From an uncultured Acidimicrobiia bacterium (GTDB lineage: Bacteria; Acidobacteriota; Terriglobia; Versatilivoradales; Versatilivoraceae), in the NCBI GenBank assembly GCA_963786955.1, contig CAWBAT010000005.1, forward strand, positions 1,184,001 to 1,248,000: a stretch of 64,000 nucleotides of DNA, read 5' to 3'. Both the position numbers and the translations under genes were made by a program. Below are positions 44,122-53,170 of this stretch, one piece after another (position 1 is the stretch's first letter; every line of letters begins with the position of its first letter). A model generated the notes under the pieces. The model ran no database searches. It was not told the origin of the DNA and worked only from the letters and a program-made list of their open reading frames with translations.

Positions 44122-45477
44122 ATGGACTCAGCGGATGCCATTCGTTACCTGTACTCCCTAGGGAACGAAGTTTTGACTGCCAAGCTCGGTCTTTACAACA
44201 TCTCAACCCTCCTGAGCTCCTTGGGTTCTCCACAAAAAAACTTTCAATCCATTCTCATTGCAGGGACGAACGGTAAAGGATCGGTTGCTGCCTTTATTTC
44301 GACCGTGCTGTGCCAAGCTGGTTACACGACCGGACTATATACCTCGCCCCATCTGCACACGATTGAAGAACGCATTCAAGTCAATGGGAACTCGATTCCG
44401 TCAGCTGAATTCTCAAGGATCACTGGGGTTGTCAAAAATGAGGTCGAGAAACTCTTGAACCCTATAGTTAATCGGTACGAGCAGCCAGGCTTGGACCGGC
44501 ACCCCACCTACTTCGAAATAGTAACGGCTATTGCACTACGGTACTTTGCCGAGCAGAAAATTCAAGTGGCTGTTTTGGAAGTGGGAATGGGAGGCCGCTT
44601 GGATGCGACCAATGTAGTTGATCCTGTCGTCGGCGTGATCACGAATGTTAGCCTGGACCATCAACGCTACTTGGGAAAAACCCTTGAAGAGATCGCTTTT
44701 GAGAAAGCAGGAATTATTAAACCCAGAACCTATACCAAGGACCAACCCCTGCCTGTTGTTTACTGCACATCAGTACCCGAAGTTGTTGATGTGCTGAAAA
44801 AGCAAAGTCTAGCCGCTGGAGCCACCCTCTTTCCCGTTGTGGGATCTTATCAGTTCAAGTCCAAGGCGGATGCTCTGGGTCGGTACAAGCTATCTGTAGA
44901 TTGCGAATTTGGCAAAGGGATTGAGATCAATGTGCTTTTACCTGGGGAACATCAAGTCCTGAATGCATTGACTGCGATCAAAGTGTCTGAGGTTTTGTAC
45001 TCTGCAGGATTTCAAATTACCAAAGAACAATTGCAGCAGGGGATTGGCCGGACTTGTTGGCCTGGGAGGATGGAGATCATCGGAATGGCCCCCATGGTTC
45101 TCTTAGACGGCGCCCACAATCCGGCGGGCGCTTCTTGTGTGAAAGAATACGTCCAGAAATTTCTGATCGGAAAACAAATCGTCCTGGTTTTTGCAGCCAT
45201 GCAAGATAAGGACTTCAAGGAGATGGGGAAAATTCTCTTTCCACTCGGAAAGGACATCGTCTTGTCGAGAATCTCAATGGAACGCGCGGCGGATCCTTTT
45301 GAGATCGCAGAAGAGCTCCCAGAGTTTAAGGATCGCTATCACTACACCGAAAATCCCGAAAGTGCATTACAATTAGCCCGGCGTCTCGCAGGCCCGAAGG
45401 ACGTTATTCTCGTGGTGGGCTCCTTGTTCTTGGTCGGAGAAGTCCGCCTTCTACTGAAGAATGCCTCTGCCGCCTAG
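44122..45477 (+). CDS. folC: Bifunctional folylpolyglutamate synthase/dihydrofolate synthase
   Basis: IAGTNGKGS, YTSPHL, EVGMGGRLDATN, WPGRME, LDGAHN, GSLFLVG. Confidence 0.96.
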   Translation: MDSADAIRYLYSLGNEVLTAKLGLYNISTLLSSLGSPQKNFQSILIAGTNGKGSVAAFISTVLCQAGYTTGLYTSPHLHTIEERIQVNGNSIPSAEFSRITGVVKNEVEKLLNPIVNRYEQPGLDRHPTYFEIVTAIALRYFAEQKIQVAVLEVGMGGRLDATNVVDPVVGVITNVSLDHQRYLGKTLEEIAFEKAGIIKPRTYTKDQPLPVVYCTSVPEVVDVLKKQSLAAGATLFPVVGSYQFKSKADALGRYKLSVDCEFGKGIEINVLLPGEHQVLNALTAIKVSEVLYSAGFQITKEQLQQGIGRTCWPGRMEIIGMAPMVLLDGAHNPAGASCVKEYVQKFLIGKQIVLVFAAMQDKDFKEMGKILFPLGKDIVLSRISMERAADPFEIAEELPEFKDRYHYTENPESALQLARRLAGPKDVILVVGSLFLVGEVRLLLKNASAA

Positions 45478-45636
45478 CGATGTTAGAGCTAGAATTCTAC
45501 TGACTCTGCCTGACATTCATCATTAAAGGCTTGGACTCGATTCGAGCTTCAATTCAATTTCTTTTGTACGAACCCCGATTGGGTGGTTTCCCACAAGCTG
45601 CAACATCGTACCTTTAATTGAAAAAGGAGCCTGAAA

Positions 45637-46380
45637 TTGTCCTACAGACCCTTGATTGGAATCTCTTGCCGGATGGACGTCGGGGGAGATCGTTTTTATT
45701 TGAGGAAACAATACAGCGAAGCGATTGCTCATGCCGGAGGGTCCCCATTGCTCATCCCTCTGATCCCGGACAAGGCTTTTGCTGACGAGTTAACGACACA
45801 TCTTGACGGCATCGTCCTCTCGGGCAGCAATAGTGATGTGGATCCGAATCGCTACAAACAGGAGCCCCACCCAAAGATCGGATCCGTCTTGACACGACGC
45901 GATCAAACCGACTGGTTATTACTCGAAGGTGTTTTTAAGAAAAAGAAACCATTACTGGCGATCTGTTTTGGCATCCAAATTCTCAATGTTTATCTCGGCG
46001 GCACTCTCTGGCAAGACATCCCATCCCAAGTCAAAGACGCTGTGAAACATGATCAGTCGTCTTCGGAAGATTACCACTCGCATTCGCTTCGCATTAAGCC
46101 CGGGTCCCTCCTCGATTCGTTGGCGGGGGTCCAGAAAATCAAAGTCAATAGTTACCACCATCAAGCCATTCGCGAACTATCGCCAAAGCTCATATCCGTT
46201 GCCAGTTCCCCGGATGGGATCGTAGAAGCAGTCGAGCTTCGGACAGGTAGGCAATTTTTGTTGGGCGTGCAATGGCATCCGGAGATTGGCTGGGAAACCG
46301 ATGATCTTTCTCAGAAGATCTTTCGTTGCTTTGTCGCCGCCGCAAAAAATTCTGTTCAAGGAAGGAAGAGAAATGCGTGA
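45637..46380 (+). CDS. Gamma-glutamyl-gamma-aminobutyrate hydrolase family protein (peptidase C26, PuuD-like)
   Basis: AICFGIQ nucleophile elbow, VNSYHHQA, GVQWHPE. Confidence 0.92.
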   Translation: MSYRPLIGISCRMDVGGDRFYLRKQYSEAIAHAGGSPLLIPLIPDKAFADELTTHLDGIVLSGSNSDVDPNRYKQEPHPKIGSVLTRRDQTDWLLLEGVFKKKKPLLAICFGIQILNVYLGGTLWQDIPSQVKDAVKHDQSSSEDYHSHSLRIKPGSLLDSLAGVQKIKVNSYHHQAIRELSPKLISVASSPDGIVEAVELRTGRQFLLGVQWHPEIGWETDDLSQKIFRCFVAAAKNSVQGRKRNA

Positions 46381-47532
46381 TCTGCAGAAGGAAGACAGAC
46401 TTGCGATTTTTTCCCTTTCTGCCGGTCATTTCATCAGTGATGCTTATTCCAATTTTCTCGGCCCGTTGCTCCCACTGCTTGTCCTGAAGCTAAAACTCTC
46501 GATCGCCCAAGCAGGCTGGTTGGCAGCCATGCAGGTGATCTCCTCGTCATTGACACAACCGGCTTATGGATACCTTTCAGACCGCTATCTCAAGCGCCTT
46601 TTTGCAGTCTTCAGTCCACTCGTAACGGTCGTCTTCATGTCGTTCCTGGGGGTGGCCCCGAATTACCTTACCCTGGCTCTGCTGTTGCTTTGTGGAGGAG
46701 TCGGGATTGCCTCGTTTCATCCTCAAAGTGCAGCTCTCGCCTCCTCGGCCAGTAGGCACCGCAAAGGGTTGGGGATGTCTATTTTTGTGACTTCGGGAAC
46801 GATCGGGTATTCACTGGGCCCGGTGATCATTACTTCCGCGGTTGCTACCTTTGGACTCGAGCGGTCTTATTGGGTCATGGTTCCGGGAGTTGCTCGTCTT
46901 CTTCCTGCTCTACTTCTCCGTTCCTACAACGCCGCACTCGACCAAGGTCAGAGAAAATGTGAATCTGAAAAAGGCGATAAAGGCGGTTTGGTATCCGCTT
47001 CTTATCCTCTTCCTTTTAGTGGTTATTCGTTCCGCCCTTCAAGTCTGTTTTGTGAACTTTCTGCCTCTTTACTTTTCTCAGAAAGGGGCAACACCAACAA
47101 TGGCCGGCAAGATCACGACCCTTTTCTTGTTTTTTGGCGCGGTAGGAGGTTTTTGTGGAGGAGCCAGTTGCAGACAGGTTAGGCGGGAAAAACGTCATTT
47201 CTTGGTCCATGTTTCTTTCAACCCCACTGCTCTTGGCCTTTCTGCTGAATAGCGGGAGCCTCTCCTATGTCTTCTTGGCGGCCGCAGGACTGGCTTTACT
47301 CTCTACTTTGCCGGTGAATGTTGTCATGGCTCAAAATCTGATGCCGCAGAGCTCCAGCGTTGTTTCTTCATTGATGATGGGGCTTGCCTGGGGGACAGGG
47401 GGAATGGTCGTCCCGATTATCGGAATCATTGCTGATGTGGCGGGTTTAGCTCGTGCCCTGATGGTAGTCTCCCTCCTCCCGATCTTGGGTTTCGCCTTGG
47501 TGCAGTTTTTGCCTACACGCTATATGGAATAA
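46373..47532 (+). CDS. MFS transporter (Fsr-like); frameshifted
   Basis: GHFISDAY, QPAYGYLSDR, FHPQ, ADRLG; hydrophobic throughout, across frames. Confidence 0.88.
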
Positions 47533-48833
47533 TCCACGTCTTCCGGGGCCGGCAAGGTTTTATTGGGCTCAAGAAGCATTCCAGCACCCACTGTCGCGTT
47601 ACTCCGTTCATCGATCACAATGAACCCGCCCAGTTGACGATTGCGGTAATAATCATCGAATGCGATCGGGGTGGCGGTGCGCAGATTGACCTTGCCAATT
47701 TCATTTAATCCGAGGGTGGAGGCGCTTTCTTCTTCGAGAGTCTCAATGTTCACTCGGAATTGGAGATTAGTGAATGCTACTTTTGTGGAATTGGCAGTGT
47801 GCTTGATCCAATACCGTTTTCCCATTTGCATGGGTGCTTCATGCATCCAACAGAGAAACGCTTCGGCTTCTTTCGCAACGATCGGCAGATCATCGACTGG
47901 AGCGATCAGATCACCTCTTGAGATATCGATATCATCATTCAGCAAAATGGCTACCGACATCGGGGCTCGAGCCACTTTGATTGTTTTTCCCATCAATTCA
48001 ATGGATCTAATTCGAGAACATTTCCCTGAAGGCAGCACCATCACCTTTTCACCGACTCGGAACACCCCGCTGGCGATTTGTCCGGCATAAGCTCGATAAT
48101 CCCGGTACTCTTCCGATTGCGGACGGATAATCCACTGAACCGGGAAGCGTGCGTCCCTCAAATTCCAGTCACTTGCAATATAGACATCTTCCAGAAAACC
48201 GAGCAGCGGCTCGCCCCTGAACCAAGGCATGTTTTCGGAACGCTCGACCACATTGTCTCCCTGGAGAGCGCTCAACGGAATACATGAAATATGTTTGATG
48301 GAAAGTTGGGTTGAAAAAGCGGTGAAGTCAAGCCGGATACTTTCAAAGACTTCTTCTGAATAGTCGACCAGATCCATCTTGTTGACACAGAGTACGAGAT
48401 GCGGGATACCCAGAAGTGAAGCGAGATAGCTGTGACGTCTGGTTTGTTCAACCACTCCTTTGCGTGCGTCCACAAGAATTAAAGCCAGCGTGACATTCGA
48501 TGCCCCCGTGACCATATTTCTCGTATATTGAATATGGCCTGGCGTGTCAGCGACAATAAATCGTCGCTTTGGCGTCGCAAAGTAACGGTAGGCTACATCG
48601 ATCGTAATCCCCTGCTCCCGCTCTGCTTTGAGTCCGTCGGTCAAATTTGCAAGGTTTACATCGGCCTCTCCTCGCATGACACGGGTACGTTCAAGTGCTG
48701 CCAGTTGATCCTCGAAGATGGATTTCGAGTCCTGGAGGAGTCGTCCAATGAGCGTACTCTTCCCATCATCCACGCTTCCGCAGGTGGAAAAACGAAGCAA
48801 TTCAATTTCCTTTTTTAGTTTTCTCTCTGGCAT
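47520..48833 (-). CDS. cysN: Sulfate adenylyltransferase subunit 1 (no fused CysC domain)
   Basis: CGSVDDGKSTLIGRL, EREQGITIDVAYRYF, DTPGH, NKMD, TVGAGM; ends in DVDYSI. Confidence 0.96.
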   Translation of the reverse strand: MPERKLKKEIELLRFSTCGSVDDGKSTLIGRLLQDSKSIFEDQLAALERTRVMRGEADVNLANLTDGLKAEREQGITIDVAYRYFATPKRRFIVADTPGHIQYTRNMVTGASNVTLALILVDARKGVVEQTRRHSYLASLLGIPHLVLCVNKMDLVDYSEEVFESIRLDFTAFSTQLSIKHISCIPLSALQGDNVVERSENMPWFRGEPLLGFLEDVYIASDWNLRDARFPVQWIIRPQSEEYRDYRAYAGQIASGVFRVGEKVMVLPSGKCSRIRSIELMGKTIKVARAPMSVAILLNDDIDISRGDLIAPVDDLPIVAKEAEAFLCWMHEAPMQMGKRYWIKHTANSTKVAFTNLQFRVNIETLEEESASTLGLNEIGKVNLRTATPIAFDDYYRNRQLGGFIVIDERSNATVGAGMLLEPNKTLPAPEDVDYSI

Positions 48834-48835
48834 CC

Positions 48836-49742
48836 CTAGAAGTACCCCTCGCGTTTTCTGTCCTCCATGGCACTCTCCGAACGCCGATCGTCTGCCCTGG
48901 CTCCTCGCTCGGTAACCCGAAACGCGGAGATTTCCTGGATGATCTCTTGCACCGTTCTCGATTGAGACTCGATAGCCGCAGTACAAACGACATCTCCGAC
49001 CGTTCGGAATCGGACGGATTTACGTTCGATTCGTTCGCCCTTTCGAAGCGGTAACAGTTCGGACTGACTCATCCACATCCCTTCACGCAGGAAGACGTCA
49101 CGTTCATGGGCAAAATAGATCTCTGGAATTTCAAGATTCTCTTCCTGGATATACTGCCAGATGTCCATCTCGGTCCAGTTAGAGAGCGGAAACACCCGGA
49201 TATGCTGTCCTGGAGAAATCTTGGCATTATAAAGATTCCACAATTCAGGACGTTGATTCCGCGGGTCCCATTGGCCAAATTCGTCGCGAAACGAAAAAAT
49301 ACGTTCCTTAGCTCTGGCTTTTTCCTCATCGCGCCGAGCTCCTCCAAAGGCTGCGTCAAATTTGAAATCTTCAATGGCGCTGAGTAGGGTTGGAATCTGC
49401 AGCCAGTTTCGGCTCTTATCGGGTCCCACGGGCTCGGCGGCAAGCCCAGCTCTGATGGCATCATCAACAGATCGAACAATAAGACGCTCACCGAGTTGTC
49501 GCGATTTTCCGATCTCTGAATTCAATGACTTCGGGGAAATTATGTCCTGTGTCGATATGCAGCAAGGGAAATGGAAAATGCGCTGGCCTGAAGGCTTTTT
49601 CGGCCAGCCTTAACATGCATATCGAATCTTTCCCTCCAGAAAAGAGCAAGACCGGCCGCTCGAATTCGGCTGCCACTTCGCGCATGATGTGAATGGCCTC
49701 GGCTTCCAGCACATCCAAATGAGATAATAAATAACTATCCAT
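48836..49742 (-). CDS. cysD: Sulfate adenylyltransferase subunit 2; one apparent frameshift
   Basis: [50 protein letters not shown]. Confidence 0.96.
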
Positions 49743-49935
49743 TGCTGAATCTCTATGAAAGTCAAGAATTCGGCTCGAGCTCTTTAAGCCCGGGTCCCCC
49801 TATAGTCAGTGCCGGTTAGGCAAGCTGAGCATGGTTGTCCTTCCGCAACTGACGCAAGGATGGCCTGAATGTTTCTTCACTATTCAACTTGACGTTTTCC
49901 TGCCTATTCAATCGCGTCGAACCGCAACCCATGGG

Positions 49936-50016
49936 ATGTGTTCAGCCTGAAAAGGCTGAACACATTTTAGCCGGGGGGAACGCGCCGGGCTCCGGAGTTA
50001 AGGGGCCTTTCAGGTC
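49936..50016. repeat. Perfect 13-bp hairpin in a CCTGAAAGG-type REP-like element
   Basis: ATGTGTTCAGCCT-GAAA-AGGCTGAACACAT, then AGCCGGGGGGAACGCGCCGGG and a complementary GCCTTTCAGG at 50005-14. Confidence 0.55.
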
Positions 50017-50077
50017 GTTGGTTCGTTGCTGGCACCAACCTCTTTAACCTAGGAATAGCGAAAATTTGCAAACTCGA

Positions 50078-50112
50078 AGGCCGTCATTCGCCAGTTTGCG
50101 GAACGACGGCCT
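50078..50112. terminator. Stem-loop downstream of cysH
   Basis: AGGCCGTC...GACGGCCT inverted repeat 25 nt after the cysH stop; no clear U tract. Confidence 0.35.
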
Positions 50113-50137
50113 CACCCCAGAATTCTGCAATCCAAAA

Positions 50138-50866
50138 CTAAGTCCGGAGCTGTTTGTCATCCTTCCGATGCAGCCCGCATTCCTTATGTTCAGGCTCTTC
50201 CCACCACCAGCGCCCGGCCCGGAGGCCTTCGCCAGGTTTGACCGCTCGAGTGCAGCAAGAACAACCAATACTTAAGAAGCCCTGATCGTGAAGGGGATTG
50301 TAAGGAACATGGTGTTCTTTCACAAACGTTTGAATATCCTGTTCAGTCCAATTCCAGAGAGGGTTGAACTTTACAAGCTCGTTAGCGGCATCCCACTCAA
50401 CAACGTCAACCTGCTGGCGTGTCAGGGCCTGTCCGCGCCGCAGGCCGCAAACCCAGGCATCTAGTTTCCCGAGTGCCCGCTTCAGGGGGTGTAATTTTCT
50501 AACCGAGCAACATAGCTTCCGTTTATCGATGCTCTGATAAAAGAGATTGATCCCATGGTCTCGCACCATCGATTCCACTTCATTTGACTCTGGGGCATAG
50601 ACTTCTATCCGAATCCCGTAACGAGATTCTGTTTTCTCTATGAGATCGTATGTTTCTGAGAAGAGCCGGCCCGTATCCAAGGTAAAAATTCTCATTAATG
50701 GGGCAACATCGGCAATTAAGTGGGTTAGAATCTGGTCTTCAATTCCTAGAGAAGAAGCAAAAGCCACCTTGGGGCCGAATCGGTCCTGAATTCGCGACAA
50801 GACCTCTGGGGCACTTCGGGAAGCTAGTTCCTTAGATAACTCCTGAAGCTGCGAATCATTTGACAT
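50138..50866 (-). CDS. cysH: Adenosine-5'-phosphosulfate reductase ([4Fe-4S]-type CysH)
   Basis: FTLDTGRL, KLCCSVRK, SIGCSCCT, GRWWWE and ECGLH motifs. Confidence 0.94.
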   Translation of the reverse strand: MSNDSQLQELSKELASRSAPEVLSRIQDRFGPKVAFASSLGIEDQILTHLIADVAPLMRIFTLDTGRLFSETYDLIEKTESRYGIRIEVYAPESNEVESMVRDHGINLFYQSIDKRKLCCSVRKLHPLKRALGKLDAWVCGLRRGQALTRQQVDVVEWDAANELVKFNPLWNWTEQDIQTFVKEHHVPYNPLHDQGFLSIGCSCCTRAVKPGEGLRAGRWWWEEPEHKECGLHRKDDKQLRT

Positions 50867-50894
50867 TTCAGGCACCATTCTTTGATTCTTATTA

Positions 50895-50950
50895 AACATG
50901 ACTAAACCAATAAACTTAATCAATATATAATCTTAATTGTCTCTGGTCAA
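50895..50950 (-). promoter_or_regulatory. Sigma70 promoter of cysH-cysD-cysN with downstream operator-like box
   Basis: Minus strand: TTGACC-N17-TATATT, then TTAGTCATGTT 16 nt after the -10. Confidence 0.7.
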
Positions 50951-50986
50951 CCCAAATTAGGTGTCACGTGACTGTCCCAATTTCAG

Positions 50987-51042
50987 TTGACGCAGATCCA
51001 TTGAAAGGATATATTGGCAATCTTGATATCATTAGTCATGTT
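50987..51042 (+). promoter_or_regulatory. Sigma70 promoter of rrf2-cysK with downstream operator-like box
   Basis: TTGACG-N17-TATATT, then TTAGTCATGTT 16 nt after the -10. Confidence 0.7.
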
Positions 51043-51057
51043 ACTCATTTATTTACT

Positions 51058-51495
51058 ATGAGATTATCTACCAAAGGTGAGTACGGTTTGCTGGCCGTTA
51101 TTGATCTGGCGCTGAATTACGGCCATGGACCCATCCAGAGTCTGCAAATTGCAGAACGACAGCAAATTCCAAAACAATATCTAGATCAGCTCATGCTCCT
51201 TCTCAGGAAGGGAGGCTTGGTCGAAAGTTCAAGAGGACGACAAGGAGGCTATCAGTTGGCCCGTCCTCCGAAGGAGATTACTCTTTTTGATATTGTCACG
51301 GCATTAGAGGGTCCCGTTGAGAACATTAACTTTTTAGAAAAGACCCCTCACAAGCGAACTCCAGCAAGGGAAGTTTTCAAAGATATCTGGAGTGATTTGT
51401 ATTCCAACACAATCCAGATTTTGCGTTCGAAAACCATTGAAGAGTTCAGCGAACGTCACCGGAAGCTGGAGAAGGAAATCATGTACTACATATAG
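51058..51495 (+). CDS. cymR: Rrf2-family transcriptional regulator, CymR-like
   Basis: MRLSTKGEYGL, IAERQQIP, YLDQL, RGRQGGYQLA; no IscR-type Cys; C-terminal IMYYI; directly upstream of cysK. Confidence 0.85.
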   Translation: MRLSTKGEYGLLAVIDLALNYGHGPIQSLQIAERQQIPKQYLDQLMLLLRKGGLVESSRGRQGGYQLARPPKEITLFDIVTALEGPVENINFLEKTPHKRTPAREVFKDIWSDLYSNTIQILRSKTIEEFSERHRKLEKEIMYYI

Positions 51496-51504
51496 GAGAA
51501 AATC

Positions 51505-52458
51505 ATGGCGAAAATTGCAAACAGTGTTCTGGATTTGATGGGAAACACTCCATTGGTTCGTTTAAACAAAGTCACCGCCGGTGCCTATGCCACGGTTCTG
51601 GTGAAACTGGAATCGCATAATCCCGCAGGAAGCGTGAAAGACCGGATCGGCATTAGCATGATCCAGGAAGCAGAAAAGAGCGGCCAGATCAGCAAAAACA
51701 CTGTGATCATCGAGCCCACAAGTGGTAATACCGGGATTGCTTTGGCGTTTGTTTGTGCCGTAAAAGGCTACAAGTTGATTTTGACAATGCCGGACACGAT
51801 GAGCCTGGAGAGAAGGACTCTTCTGAGGGCTTTTGGAGCAGAACTCGTGCTCACTCCAGGGTCCGAAGGGATGAAAGGGGCGATCCGAACGGCCGAAGAG
51901 CTTGCCCAGAAGACCCCCAATTCCTGGATTCCGCAGCAATTCAAGAACCCCGCCAACCCGAAGATCCATCGTGAAACGACAGCGGAAGAAATCTGGAATG
52001 ACACGGACGGTCAGGTCGACATCTTCGTCAGCGGAGTCGGGACCGGCGGAACGATTACAGGAGTTGGAGAAATCATCAAAGCGCGCAAGCCGAGCTTCCG
52101 GGTTGTTGCCGTGGAACCGGTCGATTCACCCGTTCTCTCGGGAGGAAAGCCCGGGCCGCATAAGATACAGGGGATTGGCGCCGGATTCATTCCTGATATT
52201 TTGAACACCAAAGTGATCGACGAGGTCATCCAGGTGACTAATGACCAAGCCATTCAAACAGCCCGCCGACTCATCAAAGAAGAAGGTTTACTGGTTGGGA
52301 TTTCTTCAGGAGCAGCGGCCTATGCGGCACTTCAGCTGGCCAACAAAAAAGAAAACGCCGGGAAAACGATCGTAACGATTCTGCCCAGCACCGGAGAGCG
52401 ATATTTGAGTACGGTCCTCTTCGCCGATTTGGCCAATCCTGCTCCGGCTTCACTCTAG
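51505..52458 (+). CDS. cysK: Cysteine synthase A (O-acetylserine sulfhydrylase)
   Basis: [48 protein letters not shown]. Confidence 0.97.
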   Translation: MAKIANSVLDLMGNTPLVRLNKVTAGAYATVLVKLESHNPAGSVKDRIGISMIQEAEKSGQISKNTVIIEPTSGNTGIALAFVCAVKGYKLILTMPDTMSLERRTLLRAFGAELVLTPGSEGMKGAIRTAEELAQKTPNSWIPQQFKNPANPKIHRETTAEEIWNDTDGQVDIFVSGVGTGGTITGVGEIIKARKPSFRVVAVEPVDSPVLSGGKPGPHKIQGIGAGFIPDILNTKVIDEVIQVTNDQAIQTARRLIKEEGLLVGISSGAAAYAALQLANKKENAGKTIVTILPSTGERYLSTVLFADLANPAPASL

Positions 52459-52519
52459 CTTCTTTCGATCCGATGCCAACGAGGGATTCTAATGGGCCCC
52501 TGCTTCGGGACTTTTAAAG

Positions 52520-52545
52520 GGTAGGGCGCGCTTGCCGAGTGCCCC
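52520..52545 (+). repeat. Single GTAG-headed REP-like palindrome
   Basis: GGTAGGGCGCGCTTGCCGAGTGCCCC: GTAG head followed by an imperfect GC hairpin. Confidence 0.4.
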
Positions 52546-53170
52546 GTCAGTCAGCGGTTTCAGCGCCCCCTATCAAGTTACCTATTTGGACAGTTTCTGA
52601 ATATCCTACATCTTTCTCCGTCGGCAAAGAACTCAGCCAATCTTCACTCGGGGAAAAGATTTCATCCCAAAATCAGAGTGCGTCAACCATCCAGCGCAAG
52701 CAAAAAGTGTCCGGTTCAGCAACCAGCCCGGGCAGTGTTATTAGGCGAGAGTAGGATCAAGCACCGCAAGCTCATGCTAGATGATAGCGCGCACATTATT
52801 CCTACCATCTCGGTCCCTCTGTCCTCGCAGCCTGTTTCCCTGTGTCTGGACGGGGCAGGGATCATGTCTGGGATAGGTTTGCCACGGGTGTCACAATGGT
52901 GACGGGAGGAAATTCCCGCAACCACCTTTTGAGAACCGGTCTATTGCTGTTCTTCCGAACCAGAGGCCCGAAACCCAGAAATGCCGCTCCTTTAAGCCGA
53001 TCGCTCAGATACCTCTCCTTCCCTTGCCATCCTTCCGATCGATTTGATTGCGGCTAGAACGTTCGTCTACCCCGCCGAAAACGGTAAGGCTGGTCTAATC
53101 CGCAGCGACACCTGTTTGGACCCGCTGCCTATTGCTACCAACAAGCCTGGTGACTGCTGCGGGAATTCGA

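Noticed and set aside
49743-50137. SAM riboswitch upstream of cysD
   Set aside because: No SAM-I core (AUC...GAGGGA...GCAACC...GUGC...GAU) was recognisable on the minus strand; it is better explained as a REP-like repeat
52546-53170. ORFs or an ncRNA between cysK and the Fn3 gene
   Set aside because: Only short ORFs without motifs and scattered weak hairpins; nothing supportable
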